DNA of 64,000 nt from Opitutales bacterium (GCA_965197745.1 CBDANS010000007.1:576001-640000), one strand, 5' to 3'. Counted from the stretch's first letter, positions 1-9,475 are shown. The notes: generated by a model from the sequence alone, not told the origin. Numbers and translations are program-made.

Positions 1-596
1 ACCTGGCGGTCAAAGCCGATCCCGCAGAAAGACAGGCGATGTTAAAAGCGCGACCCATTGCGGGTGAAATTGAAAGGGCAAAGCAGTTTCTGCAGCAGAT
101 CAAACCGGTATTGTATTCCGATGCCATTCAAGCACGCAGCCAGATTCGAAAATTGAAAGAGCGAATTGAGCGACAGCTTACAAGAAAGAAAGGCATGGCG
201 GGGAATGTAAAGTTGGCACCTGGCGGTATTCGAGATATCGAATTTATAGTTCAATCACTTCAACTTGAAGCGGGACAAGACAACCCCAAATTACATACCG
301 GTAACACCCTTGATGCTATTTCCGTTCTCATTGAAACCGGTGCTCTTTCTCATGATGAGGCGATGGATCTACGTGAGGCCTATAAGTTCTTGAGGATAGT
401 TGAGCATCGTATGCAGATGATGAACAACCGACAAGTGCATCAGTTACCAAAAGATGAATATGCCTGTCTTATATTAGCAAGGATAATGGGATATTGCGCG
501 TTTGAAGAAGGAGTGCAGTTTATAAATCTGTATAATGATCAGGCAGGTAAAGTACGGACAATATTTGATCGCATTCTTCCTGCAGTAAAAGAATAG
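1..596 (+). CDS. glnE: GlnE-type glutamine synthetase adenylyltransferase, C-terminal part (5' end lies outside the window)
   Basis: Frame is open from base 3 (LAVKADPAERQAMLKARPIAG). Motifs NVKLAPGGIRDIEFIVQSLQL and AYKFLRIVEHRMQM. Confidence 0.8.
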   Translation, partial: LAVKADPAERQAMLKARPIAGEIERAKQFLQQIKPVLYSDAIQARSQIRKLKERIERQLTRKKGMAGNVKLAPGGIRDIEFIVQSLQLEAGQDNPKLHTGNTLDAISVLIETGALSHDEAMDLREAYKFLRIVEHRMQMMNNRQVHQLPKDEYACLILARIMGYCAFEEGVQFINLYNDQAGKVRTIFDRILPAVKE

Positions 597-600
597 CACT

Positions 601-2778
601 ATGTCGATTGAGTCTGAAAGCAACGTTATCGACATGATCCTTGCCCAACATGGGGCTGCTTATAATTGTTTCAGCGAAATTCAGCAATCTGAGCACGCTC
701 AGTTACTCGGGGAAATAAATAAGCCGGGTGATTTACAGTTACACGCGCAACGCCGAGATTCCCAACTCTGGACGATAACGGTATCAGCTGAGGATTCCCT
801 GGGTATTCTATCGATTATTACCGGCTTATTTGCAGCACAACGAATCGATGTCATAAGCGGGGATTTTTTCACGGTTCACATTAAGAAACGATTGGAATCC
901 GTGAAGTCCGATCGTTTTAAGCGGCGGCGTGGTCCACGTCATCATAGGTCTCGAACGGTTTATCGTAAGATCCTTGACCTATTCGAAGTTCGCACGGAGG
1001 TGGAAGTGAATGATGACTATTGGAAAGCATTAGGGAATGAGCTGGTTGCATTGGTGGCTATGGTTGCCAAGGGGAATTTGGAGCAGGTGCGTGAAGATAT
1101 AATTTATCGAGTTTGTTCTATAACACGGGAGAGAGATAATTTTGACGAGCGACTTCTACCCATTACCATTTCCATGGACAATGAGTCCTCACCTAATTTT
1201 ACCGGACTACGTATTCAGACCATTGATACCCCGGGGTTTATATTTGAATTTTCTAATGCTCTGGCCCTGCTTAATGTTAATATTGAGCGCGTTGAGGTAC
1301 GTACTGATGACGATGGTGTCCATGACACTTTTTGGGTGAGTGATTCGCAGAGGCGAAAAATAGACGATAAAAATCGATTAAATGAGCTCCGGTTAGCGGC
1401 CACTTTGATAAAACAGTTTACCCATTTGCTTCCTCGTGCGCCCAATCCCGCACAGGCACTTAGTCAATTTAGCGCCTTAACAATCCAGATGCTATCCAAT
1501 CCGGATTGGATTCGTGAGGCCCAGGCGCTCCAATCCAGCCTTGTCTTGCGCACCATAGCTGACCTGATGGGGACAAGTCAGTTTCTGTGGGAAGACTTTC
1601 TGCGAATGCAGCATGAAAATTTATTTCCGGTCCTCAGCGATGTGTCAGGACTGGATGAGAAAAAGTTAAAGGTAAATTTATTAAAGGAGTTGGAAGATAA
1701 TTTGCGTGGAACAGGTGATGAAGCAGAACGGATTTCCCAATTAAATAAAATCAAGGACCGCGAGATGTTTCACATCGATCTTCGACATATTACTCAACGG
1801 ATAAACTTTGTGGAATTCTCGATTGAATTGAGTGACCTTGCCGAAGTGATTGTTCAACACGCGGTTGAACTTTGTCAATCGATGCTCCAAAAGAAATATG
1901 GTTACCCAGTTGATGCCAATGGCAAAGTGTGTCCCTGGTGTGTTTGCGCTCTGGGAAAATTCGGCGGGCGTGAATTGGGCTTCGCTTCGGACATCGAATT
2001 GATCTTTGTCTACGAAGGAAATGGGTTTACAGATGGTGAGCATAGCGTTGACAACACCCACTTTTTTGAAGAATCGGTGAGCACATTTCTGCAGATTATA
2101 ACCGCCCGGCAGGAAGGAATATTTCATATCGATTTGCGCCTGAGGCCCTATGGCAAGAGCGGAAAGTTGGCTACTACCCTGGCTGGTTTCCAGAAATATT
2201 TTTCGACAAGCGGCGATGCCGCTCAATTTGAACGCATGGCCCTGGTTAAATTGCGCCCCGTGGCGGGTGATCCTGAATTAGGGGAGCACATCCTGATTGC
2301 GCGCGATCAATTTGTTTACTCAGGCAAACCTGTTGATTACGATGACATTTTGCATTTCCGCCACCGCCAGGCAACCGAGTTGGTTCCCACTAAAGCGGTT
2401 AGCGCGAAACTTAGTCATGGGGGCTTAGTCGATGTGGAATATTTTATCCAGGCGCGACAGATAGAGGTGGGAGTAACTGCTCCCCCTGTCCGTGTGGCTA
2501 ACATGCAGGAAGCTATAACTCAGCTTGAAAAGACCGGCGACATTAACGCGTTTCAAGCGGCAGAGTTGCGTACCACCTACGCGTTTCTCCGTCAATTAAT
2601 TGACGCATTACGCTCGGTGCGAGGTAATGCCAAGGATTTAACTCTCCCCTCAACGGAATCCCTTGAGTATGAATATTTAGCCCGCCGCCTCGGATATGAA
2701 TCCGGTTATTCATTGCAGAAAGATGTTACCCTCCGCATGGACTTCGCACGTCATTTGTGGAGCGAAGACCGAAGCTGA
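601..2778 (+). CDS. ACT-domain-containing GlnE-type nucleotidyltransferase (second half of a GlnE-like system)
   Basis: ACT-like segments (DSLGILSIITGLF; DTPGFIFEFSNALALLNVNI). NTase motifs ALGKFGGRELGFASDIELIF, IDLRLRPYGKSG and KLSHGGLVDVEY. Confidence 0.8.
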   Translation: MSIESESNVIDMILAQHGAAYNCFSEIQQSEHAQLLGEINKPGDLQLHAQRRDSQLWTITVSAEDSLGILSIITGLFAAQRIDVISGDFFTVHIKKRLESVKSDRFKRRRGPRHHRSRTVYRKILDLFEVRTEVEVNDDYWKALGNELVALVAMVAKGNLEQVREDIIYRVCSITRERDNFDERLLPITISMDNESSPNFTGLRIQTIDTPGFIFEFSNALALLNVNIERVEVRTDDDGVHDTFWVSDSQRRKIDDKNRLNELRLAATLIKQFTHLLPRAPNPAQALSQFSALTIQMLSNPDWIREAQALQSSLVLRTIADLMGTSQFLWEDFLRMQHENLFPVLSDVSGLDEKKLKVNLLKELEDNLRGTGDEAERISQLNKIKDREMFHIDLRHITQRINFVEFSIELSDLAEVIVQHAVELCQSMLQKKYGYPVDANGKVCPWCVCALGKFGGRELGFASDIELIFVYEGNGFTDGEHSVDNTHFFEESVSTFLQIITARQEGIFHIDLRLRPYGKSGKLATTLAGFQKYFSTSGDAAQFERMALVKLRPVAGDPELGEHILIARDQFVYSGKPVDYDDILHFRHRQATELVPTKAVSAKLSHGGLVDVEYFIQARQIEVGVTAPPVRVANMQEAITQLEKTGDINAFQAAELRTTYAFLRQLIDALRSVRGNAKDLTLPSTESLEYEYLARRLGYESGYSLQKDVTLRMDFARHLWSEDRS

Positions 2779-3023
2779 GGAATTATAATAATCTTCGTCT
2801 ACGTCTGCCTCTCATGCCAAGCCTTAGCTCGATAGTGCGACGGCTGGTTGTCCTCGTCCCTCTTTTGTCCCATTTTATCTCCTCACAGAAGATCTTGCGC
2901 ATTTATTGGGTCCGCTAATGTAAAATCTTTACTCGATGGAGTTACTTGTCGAAAATGAAAGATCAAATCGAGGATACAATCCCTTACATTTTTCGTTCAT
3001 AATCAAACCTGGGTTTTATTATT

Positions 3024-3878
3024 ATGAGTCCAATATCGGCTGATCCGATGGAAGAATACCTGTTCGATCTTCGTGGGTATACGATGATCGAAGAGGCTAT
3101 CGATAGCGACCATCTTCACGCCATTAACGAATGGCTCGATGAACTGCCACCCCTTGAGCCCAACCAGTGGCATGGTAATATCGATGTTCATACATACGGC
3201 GCGGTCGACGGGTTTAATCTTCAGAATATTATTGAAGGAGGAGAAATTTTTGAGCGGTTAATTGATCATCCCTCCTGGATAAGTCGTGTGCGCCATTACC
3301 TGGGGGAAATCCATAGACCCTTTATAAATGAATCGTTCATCAATCTGCGTGGCCCTGGTGGTTATATTGGAGTTCACTCCGGTGGCGAATCGGTTAATTT
3401 TTATCGGGGAAGTGGCCGGAAACGTGGGGAGTGGTGCTGTGGGTATCTCACTTTGATGGTAGCTTTGAATGATGTGGGGGGAGGTGACGGTGCGACGATT
3501 ATCGTTCCGGGCAGTCATAAGTCAGATATTCAGCATCCCGCCCAGGCGGAACACGGGACTAAATGGCTTAAGGATGCAATCCCGATGAAAGTAGACGAAG
3601 GAACCCAGGCGAAAGGGTACCCTGTTGAAGCGGGTATTGAGATACACTTACAGGCCGGAGACGGTATTTTATTTAACGATTCTCTTTGTCATGGATCTGG
3701 GGAAAGAACGAATCCTGGTCAAAGACGGATGATAGTCTTCCGTTATTTACCTTCGCCACTGGCTCACCGGTTTCGCTATGAGCCTTCTCAAGAATTGCTC
3801 GCGCGCTTAACCCCGGAACGCAGGGAGATAATTCAACCCGTAACCCCACGCCGTCGACCGTTAGAAGTTGAAAGCTGA
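3024..3878 (+). CDS. Phytanoyl-CoA dioxygenase (PhyH)-family Fe(II)/2OG enzyme with HxG motif
   Basis: FDLRGY N-terminus, GATIIVPGSHK, AGDGILFNDSLCHGS. First iron motif reads HSG, not HxD. Confidence 0.85.
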   Translation: MSPISADPMEEYLFDLRGYTMIEEAIDSDHLHAINEWLDELPPLEPNQWHGNIDVHTYGAVDGFNLQNIIEGGEIFERLIDHPSWISRVRHYLGEIHRPFINESFINLRGPGGYIGVHSGGESVNFYRGSGRKRGEWCCGYLTLMVALNDVGGGDGATIIVPGSHKSDIQHPAQAEHGTKWLKDAIPMKVDEGTQAKGYPVEAGIEIHLQAGDGILFNDSLCHGSGERTNPGQRRMIVFRYLPSPLAHRFRYEPSQELLARLTPERREIIQPVTPRRRPLEVES

Positions 3879-3893
3879 ATTAATAGCAGAATT

Positions 3894-5048
3894 GTGAAAA
3901 TTACCAAGGTTGAAACTTTTCCTGTTAATATTCCTTATAAACATCCTGAGGTCAGTTACCTTATCTCGCGCCCTGGCATCACCGATATCATCGTAAAAAT
4001 TACTACTGACAATGGACTTGTCGGTTGGGGGGAATGCACACGAGCCGGTGATGCGGCGGGAATCGAGAGCGCGGTTAAGTCGATGGCGCCAATAATAACA
4101 GGGCGCGACCCCTGGGACAAAGAGGCCATTGCTCGCGATATCCAGATTGCCGGTCTATGGATGATCCAGCCGATGACCGGAAACTTTGCCTATGCCGGAA
4201 TCGATATCGCCCTTTGGGATATCTGCGGTAAAGAATGCGGCCAGCCGCTTTACCGTCTGTTTGGCGGTGCGGTGCGTGAAGAGGTTGATTACTTTTATTA
4301 TATGCGCTGGGGAACTGTGGATGAGATCGTGATACAGGCGCAGGACGGGGTTGATCGCGGGTATACCGTTTATTATATTAAAGCCGGGGTTGATCAAAAA
4401 AAGGAAGAGGCGATGCTCGAGGCCCTGCGCGCCACCATTGGTCCGGAAGGAAAAATTCGTATCGATGCGAATATGGCCTGGTCGGTGCCTGATGCCATTC
4501 GCATTATCAATGACTGGCACCAGCGATATACTATCGATTTCGCTGAAGCGCCGGTAGATTTCGATCCCATTGAGAATATGCTCGACGTGAAGTCTAAAGT
4601 GGAAACGGCACTTTGCGTGAACGAAGGGTTATGGAAAGAGCAGGACGTAGCGAGAATCATCAAGAGCCGTGCGGGTGAATATCTGTGCTATAGTGTCTAT
4701 TCCGTAGGTTCAATGCGGCGGTTCCATACTACCATACATGCCGCTAATGTCGAGGGGATGCTGGTCTGCAAGCACACACACGGTGAATTCGGCATAACCG
4801 CCGTCGCCGGTCAGCACATGATGCTCACCGCCCCAAACGCCTGCGATGGACATCAGCAAACCGCTCAATTTATGAAAGATGATATTCTCAAAGAGCCGAT
4901 ACCGATTGCCGAGGGGCCTAAGTGGGGACGTATCGAAGGTCCCGGGCTAGGTGTTGAAGTCGATGAAGACAAAATGATGACCTACCACGAAGATTATTTG
5001 CGTAACGGGATGTTTCCCCCTTACGGTGATTTATATGACCCAGTATAG
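3894..5048 (+). CDS. Mandelate racemase/muconate lactonizing enzyme (enolase superfamily)
   Basis: GLVGWGE, AGIDIALWDICGK..GQPLYRLFGG, IRIDAN, EAPV, GPGLGVEVDE. Confidence 0.9.
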   Translation: MKITKVETFPVNIPYKHPEVSYLISRPGITDIIVKITTDNGLVGWGECTRAGDAAGIESAVKSMAPIITGRDPWDKEAIARDIQIAGLWMIQPMTGNFAYAGIDIALWDICGKECGQPLYRLFGGAVREEVDYFYYMRWGTVDEIVIQAQDGVDRGYTVYYIKAGVDQKKEEAMLEALRATIGPEGKIRIDANMAWSVPDAIRIINDWHQRYTIDFAEAPVDFDPIENMLDVKSKVETALCVNEGLWKEQDVARIIKSRAGEYLCYSVYSVGSMRRFHTTIHAANVEGMLVCKHTHGEFGITAVAGQHMMLTAPNACDGHQQTAQFMKDDILKEPIPIAEGPKWGRIEGPGLGVEVDEDKMMTYHEDYLRNGMFPPYGDLYDPV

Positions 5049-5072
5049 GATTAAGAAAAGGTTGGCATTGAC

Positions 5073-5268
5073 AATCTTCGTCTTCGTCATCCTCTTGGTC
5101 TGCGTCCCCCCCAATATTTACATCAATATCAGGGTAGAACGCGCTGTCCCTGGCGCGTTTGAAAAAGTCGTAATGGAAGAAGCGTGCTAGGGACAGCCCG
5201 CTCCACCTTATTTTCAAGAGATATAACACAAAAATTACCTGAGATTATCTGAGACGAAGACAAAGATT
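5073..5268. repeat. Element with AATCTTCGTCTTCGTC-type inverted ends enclosing a GTAG/GTGG REP doublet (5134-5159, 5180-5206)
   Basis: Left end AATCTTCGTCTTCGTC, right end GACGAAGACAAAGATT. Inside: GTAGAACGCGCTGTCCCTGGCGCGTT and inverted AAGCGTGCTAGGGACAGCCCGCTCCAC. Confidence 0.7.
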
Positions 5269-5345
5269 TGTTGCTTATCTCGACACCATTTATATATGAC
5301 CCATTAGAAACACATAACTCAACTAAGACTGAAAGGATAGATTGT

Positions 5346-6062
5346 ATGACTGAACTTGAAATGCTGGAAGAACTGAAGAATTTTGACACACCCTCAATTA
5401 CCAATGTCGTCGCGACCTACCCGGACTCCCCGCTCTGTCTCGGACTTTATGATCCCTGGTACGATAACTGGTACACCGATCAGAGTATTCGCTGCATGTA
5501 CCCGGAACTCGGAAGGACCGTGGGTTATGCCGTAACCAGTGTTCATGGGTTACCTGATCCGGATAACAGTACGACCATGGCTGATTTGTTCGATGCTGTG
5601 GATGCCTCCAAAAAACCATCGATTCTCGTCTTCGAGCAACGATTTCCGCCAGAAATTGCGGGAAAGGTAGGTCTTGCCGGAGGTATGTTTTCGACCTCAT
5701 TGAAGGCTTTGGGTTGTGTTGGCGCAGTGTCTAACGGTCCGTCGCGAGACCTCGATGAGATCCGACCGATGAAATTTCAGTATATGCTGAGTGGGGTGAC
5801 CGCCGGTCATGGGAACATGGCAGTACACGAAGTTAATGTCCCGGTAAAAGTGGGGGGGATGGAAGTCAATCCCGGTGAGATCATTCACATGGATGAATCC
5901 GGTGCCTGTAAATTTCCAGCCGATAAACTGGAAGAAGTTCTGGATCTGGTAACTAAACTCCAAAAGGAAGAAGCGGTAAGAATGGAAGCGCTGCAAAAGG
6001 CTGATTCCGCTGCCAAACTTCGGGATTTAATGGGATTGAGCTATTCATCAAAGAGAAAATAG
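5346..6062 (+). CDS. RraA/HMG-aldolase family protein
   Basis: FDTPSITNVV, GRTVGYAVT, GCVGAVSNGPSRD, VNPGEIIHMDESG. Start placed at ATG 5346. Confidence 0.85.
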   Translation: MTELEMLEELKNFDTPSITNVVATYPDSPLCLGLYDPWYDNWYTDQSIRCMYPELGRTVGYAVTSVHGLPDPDNSTTMADLFDAVDASKKPSILVFEQRFPPEIAGKVGLAGGMFSTSLKALGCVGAVSNGPSRDLDEIRPMKFQYMLSGVTAGHGNMAVHEVNVPVKVGGMEVNPGEIIHMDESGACKFPADKLEEVLDLVTKLQKEEAVRMEALQKADSAAKLRDLMGLSYSSKRK

Positions 6063-6083
6063 GAAATAAATGGAGACAGTCGG

Positions 6084-6455
6084 GTGAAATTCATTAAGAC
6101 GAAACAAGATTTTCCGATGAGCGCTGCTGTCGTGCATGAAGGTAAAGTTCTTGAAACGGTGTTAACAGGTATACCAGACGGAGAAGCTAATCCAATAGAA
6201 GGGGGAGTGGGCGCGGAGATGCGAGAGATCTTTCGACAGCTTGATGCCATACTCACCAAGGTCGGTTTAGAAAAAACCGCGATCTGTTCAGCGCGGCTTT
6301 ATTTGCAGGATGTCAACCGCGATATTGCTGAAGTGAATGAAGAGTATAAATCTTACTTTGGTTCTCACCCTCCCAACCGGCGCGCTTATGGAGTGGATTT
6401 ACAGGTTGGCATGGTGATTGAAGCTGCCTTTATCGCCGAATTTCCCAACGACTGA
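6084..6455 (+). CDS. RidA/YjgF family protein
   Basis: About 120 aa. EVNEEYKSYF..HPPNRRAYGV.L..GMVIE pattern. Confidence 0.8.
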   Translation: MKFIKTKQDFPMSAAVVHEGKVLETVLTGIPDGEANPIEGGVGAEMREIFRQLDAILTKVGLEKTAICSARLYLQDVNRDIAEVNEEYKSYFGSHPPNRRAYGVDLQVGMVIEAAFIAEFPND

Positions 6456-6507
6456 TTTCTGTTATAAAGTAATACTATAAATATCAAACATCACGGAGGA
6501 ATGGATC

Positions 6508-7533
6508 ATGGGATTCAATAAACAACAACTCTTATTAATTATACTCACGGGGCTACTGGTTACAACCGTATCGGCAACTCCCAAGCAATGGGAGGAGGGA
6601 AAAGGCTGGGGATGGGTCTGGGGTGATGACGATGAAGTGGGGTCACTTAACGAAATGACAACAAAAAGCATTCTTAAAGCTATCAATCTGGTGAAAAAAG
6701 GCGAGGTCCGGGACATGGGAATTCTTTATGATCGAACTTCTTACAAGTGGCCGGGACACTCACCGGCTGAAATTATAACTTTTCGCAGTCCCGAGGGAGT
6801 TAAACGTCAAAAAGATCTCGATTTTACTTTGCCCGAAAATGGCAACACTTCTCAAACGACATGGCACAGTTGCGCGCTCTTTATGAATGATAATGTGGCA
6901 ACCCAGATCGACAGTCTTGGCCATATCGCTGTGGGCGAAGACAATCATTGGTACAATGGTTTCCGCGAAGATGATTGGGGCGGTAACTGGGGTATTCGCA
7001 AGTGCGGCGCAGAAACCATACCTCCGGTGATCGCACGCGGCGTGCTCATTGACGTTGCCGGGGACAAAGGGGTTCAAGCATTAGCGAGTAAATATGTAAT
7101 CACTGTGGAGGACTTAAAAAGTGCGCTTAAGCGTCAAGGCACAAAGCTGAAATTTGGTGATGTCGTTCTTATCCGTACAGGGACGTTGAGCTACTGGGGT
7201 GAGACCGGAGCCGATCTTGAAAAGGTTGGAGAGCACGATTCCGCAGGAATTCAATTACCCGCGGCGAAGTGGCTCGTTGAGGAGAAGGGTTCTCTAATGA
7301 TCGGTTCAGATACTTCAGGTTTGGAGATGGTGCAGCCTCCCCATGATGGCAGTACCAGCTTTGTTCCCGTGCATAAGTACCTGTTAGTTGAGCAGGGCGT
7401 GCATATCGCTGAGTTTCATTACCTCGAGGACCTGGCCGAAGAAGCGGTTTATGAATTTCTATATGTCGGGGTAACGAATAAAATCAAAGGGTCTACTGCA
7501 GGGTTTACAATGCGCCCCCTGGCCATCTTTTGA
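6508..7533 (+). CDS. Secreted cyclase-family (kynurenine formamidase-like) metal hydrolase
   Basis: Signal peptide; WGDDDEVGSLN, TQIDSLGH, RGVLIDV, GDVVLIRTG, GSD, VHKYLL..GVHIAEF. Confidence 0.85.
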   Translation: MGFNKQQLLLIILTGLLVTTVSATPKQWEEGKGWGWVWGDDDEVGSLNEMTTKSILKAINLVKKGEVRDMGILYDRTSYKWPGHSPAEIITFRSPEGVKRQKDLDFTLPENGNTSQTTWHSCALFMNDNVATQIDSLGHIAVGEDNHWYNGFREDDWGGNWGIRKCGAETIPPVIARGVLIDVAGDKGVQALASKYVITVEDLKSALKRQGTKLKFGDVVLIRTGTLSYWGETGADLEKVGEHDSAGIQLPAAKWLVEEKGSLMIGSDTSGLEMVQPPHDGSTSFVPVHKYLLVEQGVHIAEFHYLEDLAEEAVYEFLYVGVTNKIKGSTAGFTMRPLAIF

Positions 7534-7664
7534 GTGTGAAGGGGGGAGTTAAAATGTCAAAACGTTGGATGATGCTGGTTGGCTAGACAGTAATCAGTGT
7601 CCAGTGATCAGTCACCATCGTTCTTCCGTGGTGAAATTAAAGCTGAAGTGTTCGCACCCTTTCT

Positions 7665-7698
7665 TGTCATTGCGAGAAGCAACGCGACGAAGCAATCC
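7665..7698 (+). repeat. GTCATTGCGAG...GCGACGAAGCAATCC short palindromic element (RPE-like)
   Basis: TGTCATTGCGAGAAGCAACGCGACGAAGCAATCC matches a widespread intergenic palindromic repeat pattern. Confidence 0.6.
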
Positions 7699-7802
7699 AG
7701 GGGGGATGTCTGATGTGTAACTACAGCCCCTGGGTGCAAGGCTTCACTCAATAGGACGATTGCTGATCTATATTATTCAAAAAAGTTACTCATGTTTTTA
7801 GG

Positions 7803-7861
7803 GGCCACGACGGAGCGTGGCCCTCCAGTAAAAAAGGGAGGGCCACGCTCCGTCGTGGCCG
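7803..7861. repeat. REP-like doublet, GGAGGGCCACGCTCCGTCGTGGCC family
   Basis: Two inverted 24-bp palindromic copies between convergent genes. The same unit occurs at 32715, 58016-58081 and 63696-63857. Confidence 0.85.
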
Positions 7862-7922
7862 TTTCTTAGAAGATTGATCGATTTTTGGTAAATTCTTAAG
7901 GGATAAAGATGATGACTAAGAT

Positions 7923-9293
7923 TCATATTATTTTATAAATCCCATAGACACCGATGAGAACAATGACGATAGCGCTGGTCCAGAATGCGGTATCATAAAA
8001 TTTGCTGGGTTTTAGCTGTTCCGAAAGTCTCTTATAACGGAAATGGAACGCGGCGAAGACCACGAGCAGAAGAATAATCGAAGTAGAGACTCCACCGATC
8101 ATGACCATCAGGACCGGTAGTTTTATAAAAAGAAAGAGAAGGGACCAGATTATGGGAAATACCCATGCAAGGATGGCGATGGTCCGCATGCGTATTCTCG
8201 GGTCATAAAAATTAATTAAACCCATTTGACCGAGGGTGTCAGAGAAAACGCGGGTCCATGCCGCGAGGCCCGCAAAAAGCGTCGAGTATAAAACGACAAA
8301 GGCCCCAAGCAAATAAATGGCTTTAGCCTCAGCACCCAAGGTTTTAGTATACATTTCGGAGAGTATTTCAACCATAGCGTATCCCTGGGGAATATTGCTT
8401 TGGGCATGTAAGACGGCGGCACCAAGGAGGTAAAAAGCGGCGGTGACTAAAGTGTAGACCAACATGGCGAGAAGTGCATCGATATACATAACTTTAATCC
8501 AACCCTTCGCTCTATTCGTCCATTCCACTGTATTTTTACGAGGTCCAGTGTAAGTCGCATACCCTTTTTCTATGCACCAATAGTTGTAATACATGATCTC
8601 ATCTCCGCCCACGCCAGTGATACCAAAAGCCGCGATGGCGAAAACAACAGCTTCTGGAGGGAGTTTAAATTGAAGACCTTCAAGGATATTTACCCACGAA
8701 ATCGCGAAGGGAGTATATTGAAGATAGGCCAGCGAGATAAAAGTGAATATCGTAAAAAAGCCGATCATGATGATAGAAAATTTTTCTACGAATTGGTAGT
8801 ACCCGCGAAATACTAACAGTGATACAGAGAAAGCCACTATCCAGGTCCAGAGAGAGACGCTGATCTGATCAAAGGCTATATTCAATGTCAGCGCTACACC
8901 TCCAACGATACCGCCAACCTGCAGAAGCTTAAATATCATCAAAAACAACCACGTGCATATTGACCAGCTTACGACACCCAGTTTTGGTCCGGGCAGCTTG
9001 TTGAGCGATGCCATCGTCGATTCACCGGTATTTATAGCATGCTTACCGAATTCAAGCTGAAGCGCTACTTTTACAAAACAACTGACGAGGATTACCCAGA
9101 AAGTAACAAATCCAGCTCTGGCACCCAGCGTAGTGGTGGCTATCAATTCACCGGATCCTACAATTCCTGCTGATAAAATAAATCCCGGCCCAAGGTATTT
9201 AATCGTTTCCCGCAGAGACTGGGGAGGGTCCTTGACTGTCGAATCAGATATAAGATAGGGATTGGGGTTTTCCCCCACTGGATTCTTGTTCAT
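7923..9293 (-). CDS. Nramp-like/APC-superfamily transporter
   Basis: YLGPGFILSAGIVGSGELIATT..GA.AG; about 11 hydrophobic segments. Confidence 0.85.
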   Translation of the reverse strand: MNKNPVGENPNPYLISDSTVKDPPQSLRETIKYLGPGFILSAGIVGSGELIATTTLGARAGFVTFWVILVSCFVKVALQLEFGKHAINTGESTMASLNKLPGPKLGVVSWSICTWLFLMIFKLLQVGGIVGGVALTLNIAFDQISVSLWTWIVAFSVSLLVFRGYYQFVEKFSIIMIGFFTIFTFISLAYLQYTPFAISWVNILEGLQFKLPPEAVVFAIAAFGITGVGGDEIMYYNYWCIEKGYATYTGPRKNTVEWTNRAKGWIKVMYIDALLAMLVYTLVTAAFYLLGAAVLHAQSNIPQGYAMVEILSEMYTKTLGAEAKAIYLLGAFVVLYSTLFAGLAAWTRVFSDTLGQMGLINFYDPRIRMRTIAILAWVFPIIWSLLFLFIKLPVLMVMIGGVSTSIILLLVVFAAFHFRYKRLSEQLKPSKFYDTAFWTSAIVIVLIGVYGIYKII

Positions 9294-9357
9294 GCAAGCC
9301 TATGATTTCCAATACAAGGCAGTACAGAAAGTTTCTGAGTTAAAGGTGGTGCGAGAA

Positions 9358-9446
9358 AATCTTCGTCTTCGTCTGCCTCTTCGTCACTGAAGTAATTAAT
9401 AAATATGTATGTTACAATTTTTTAGAATTAGATAAAGATGAAGATT
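9358..9446. repeat. Empty element with AATCTTCGTCTTCGTC-type inverted ends
   Basis: AATCTTCGTCTTCGTCTGCCTCTTCGTC ... GATAAAGATGAAGATT with an AT-rich interior. Confidence 0.55.
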
Positions 9447-9475
9447 TAATGCTTATAGATGACGGTATTGGGCAG

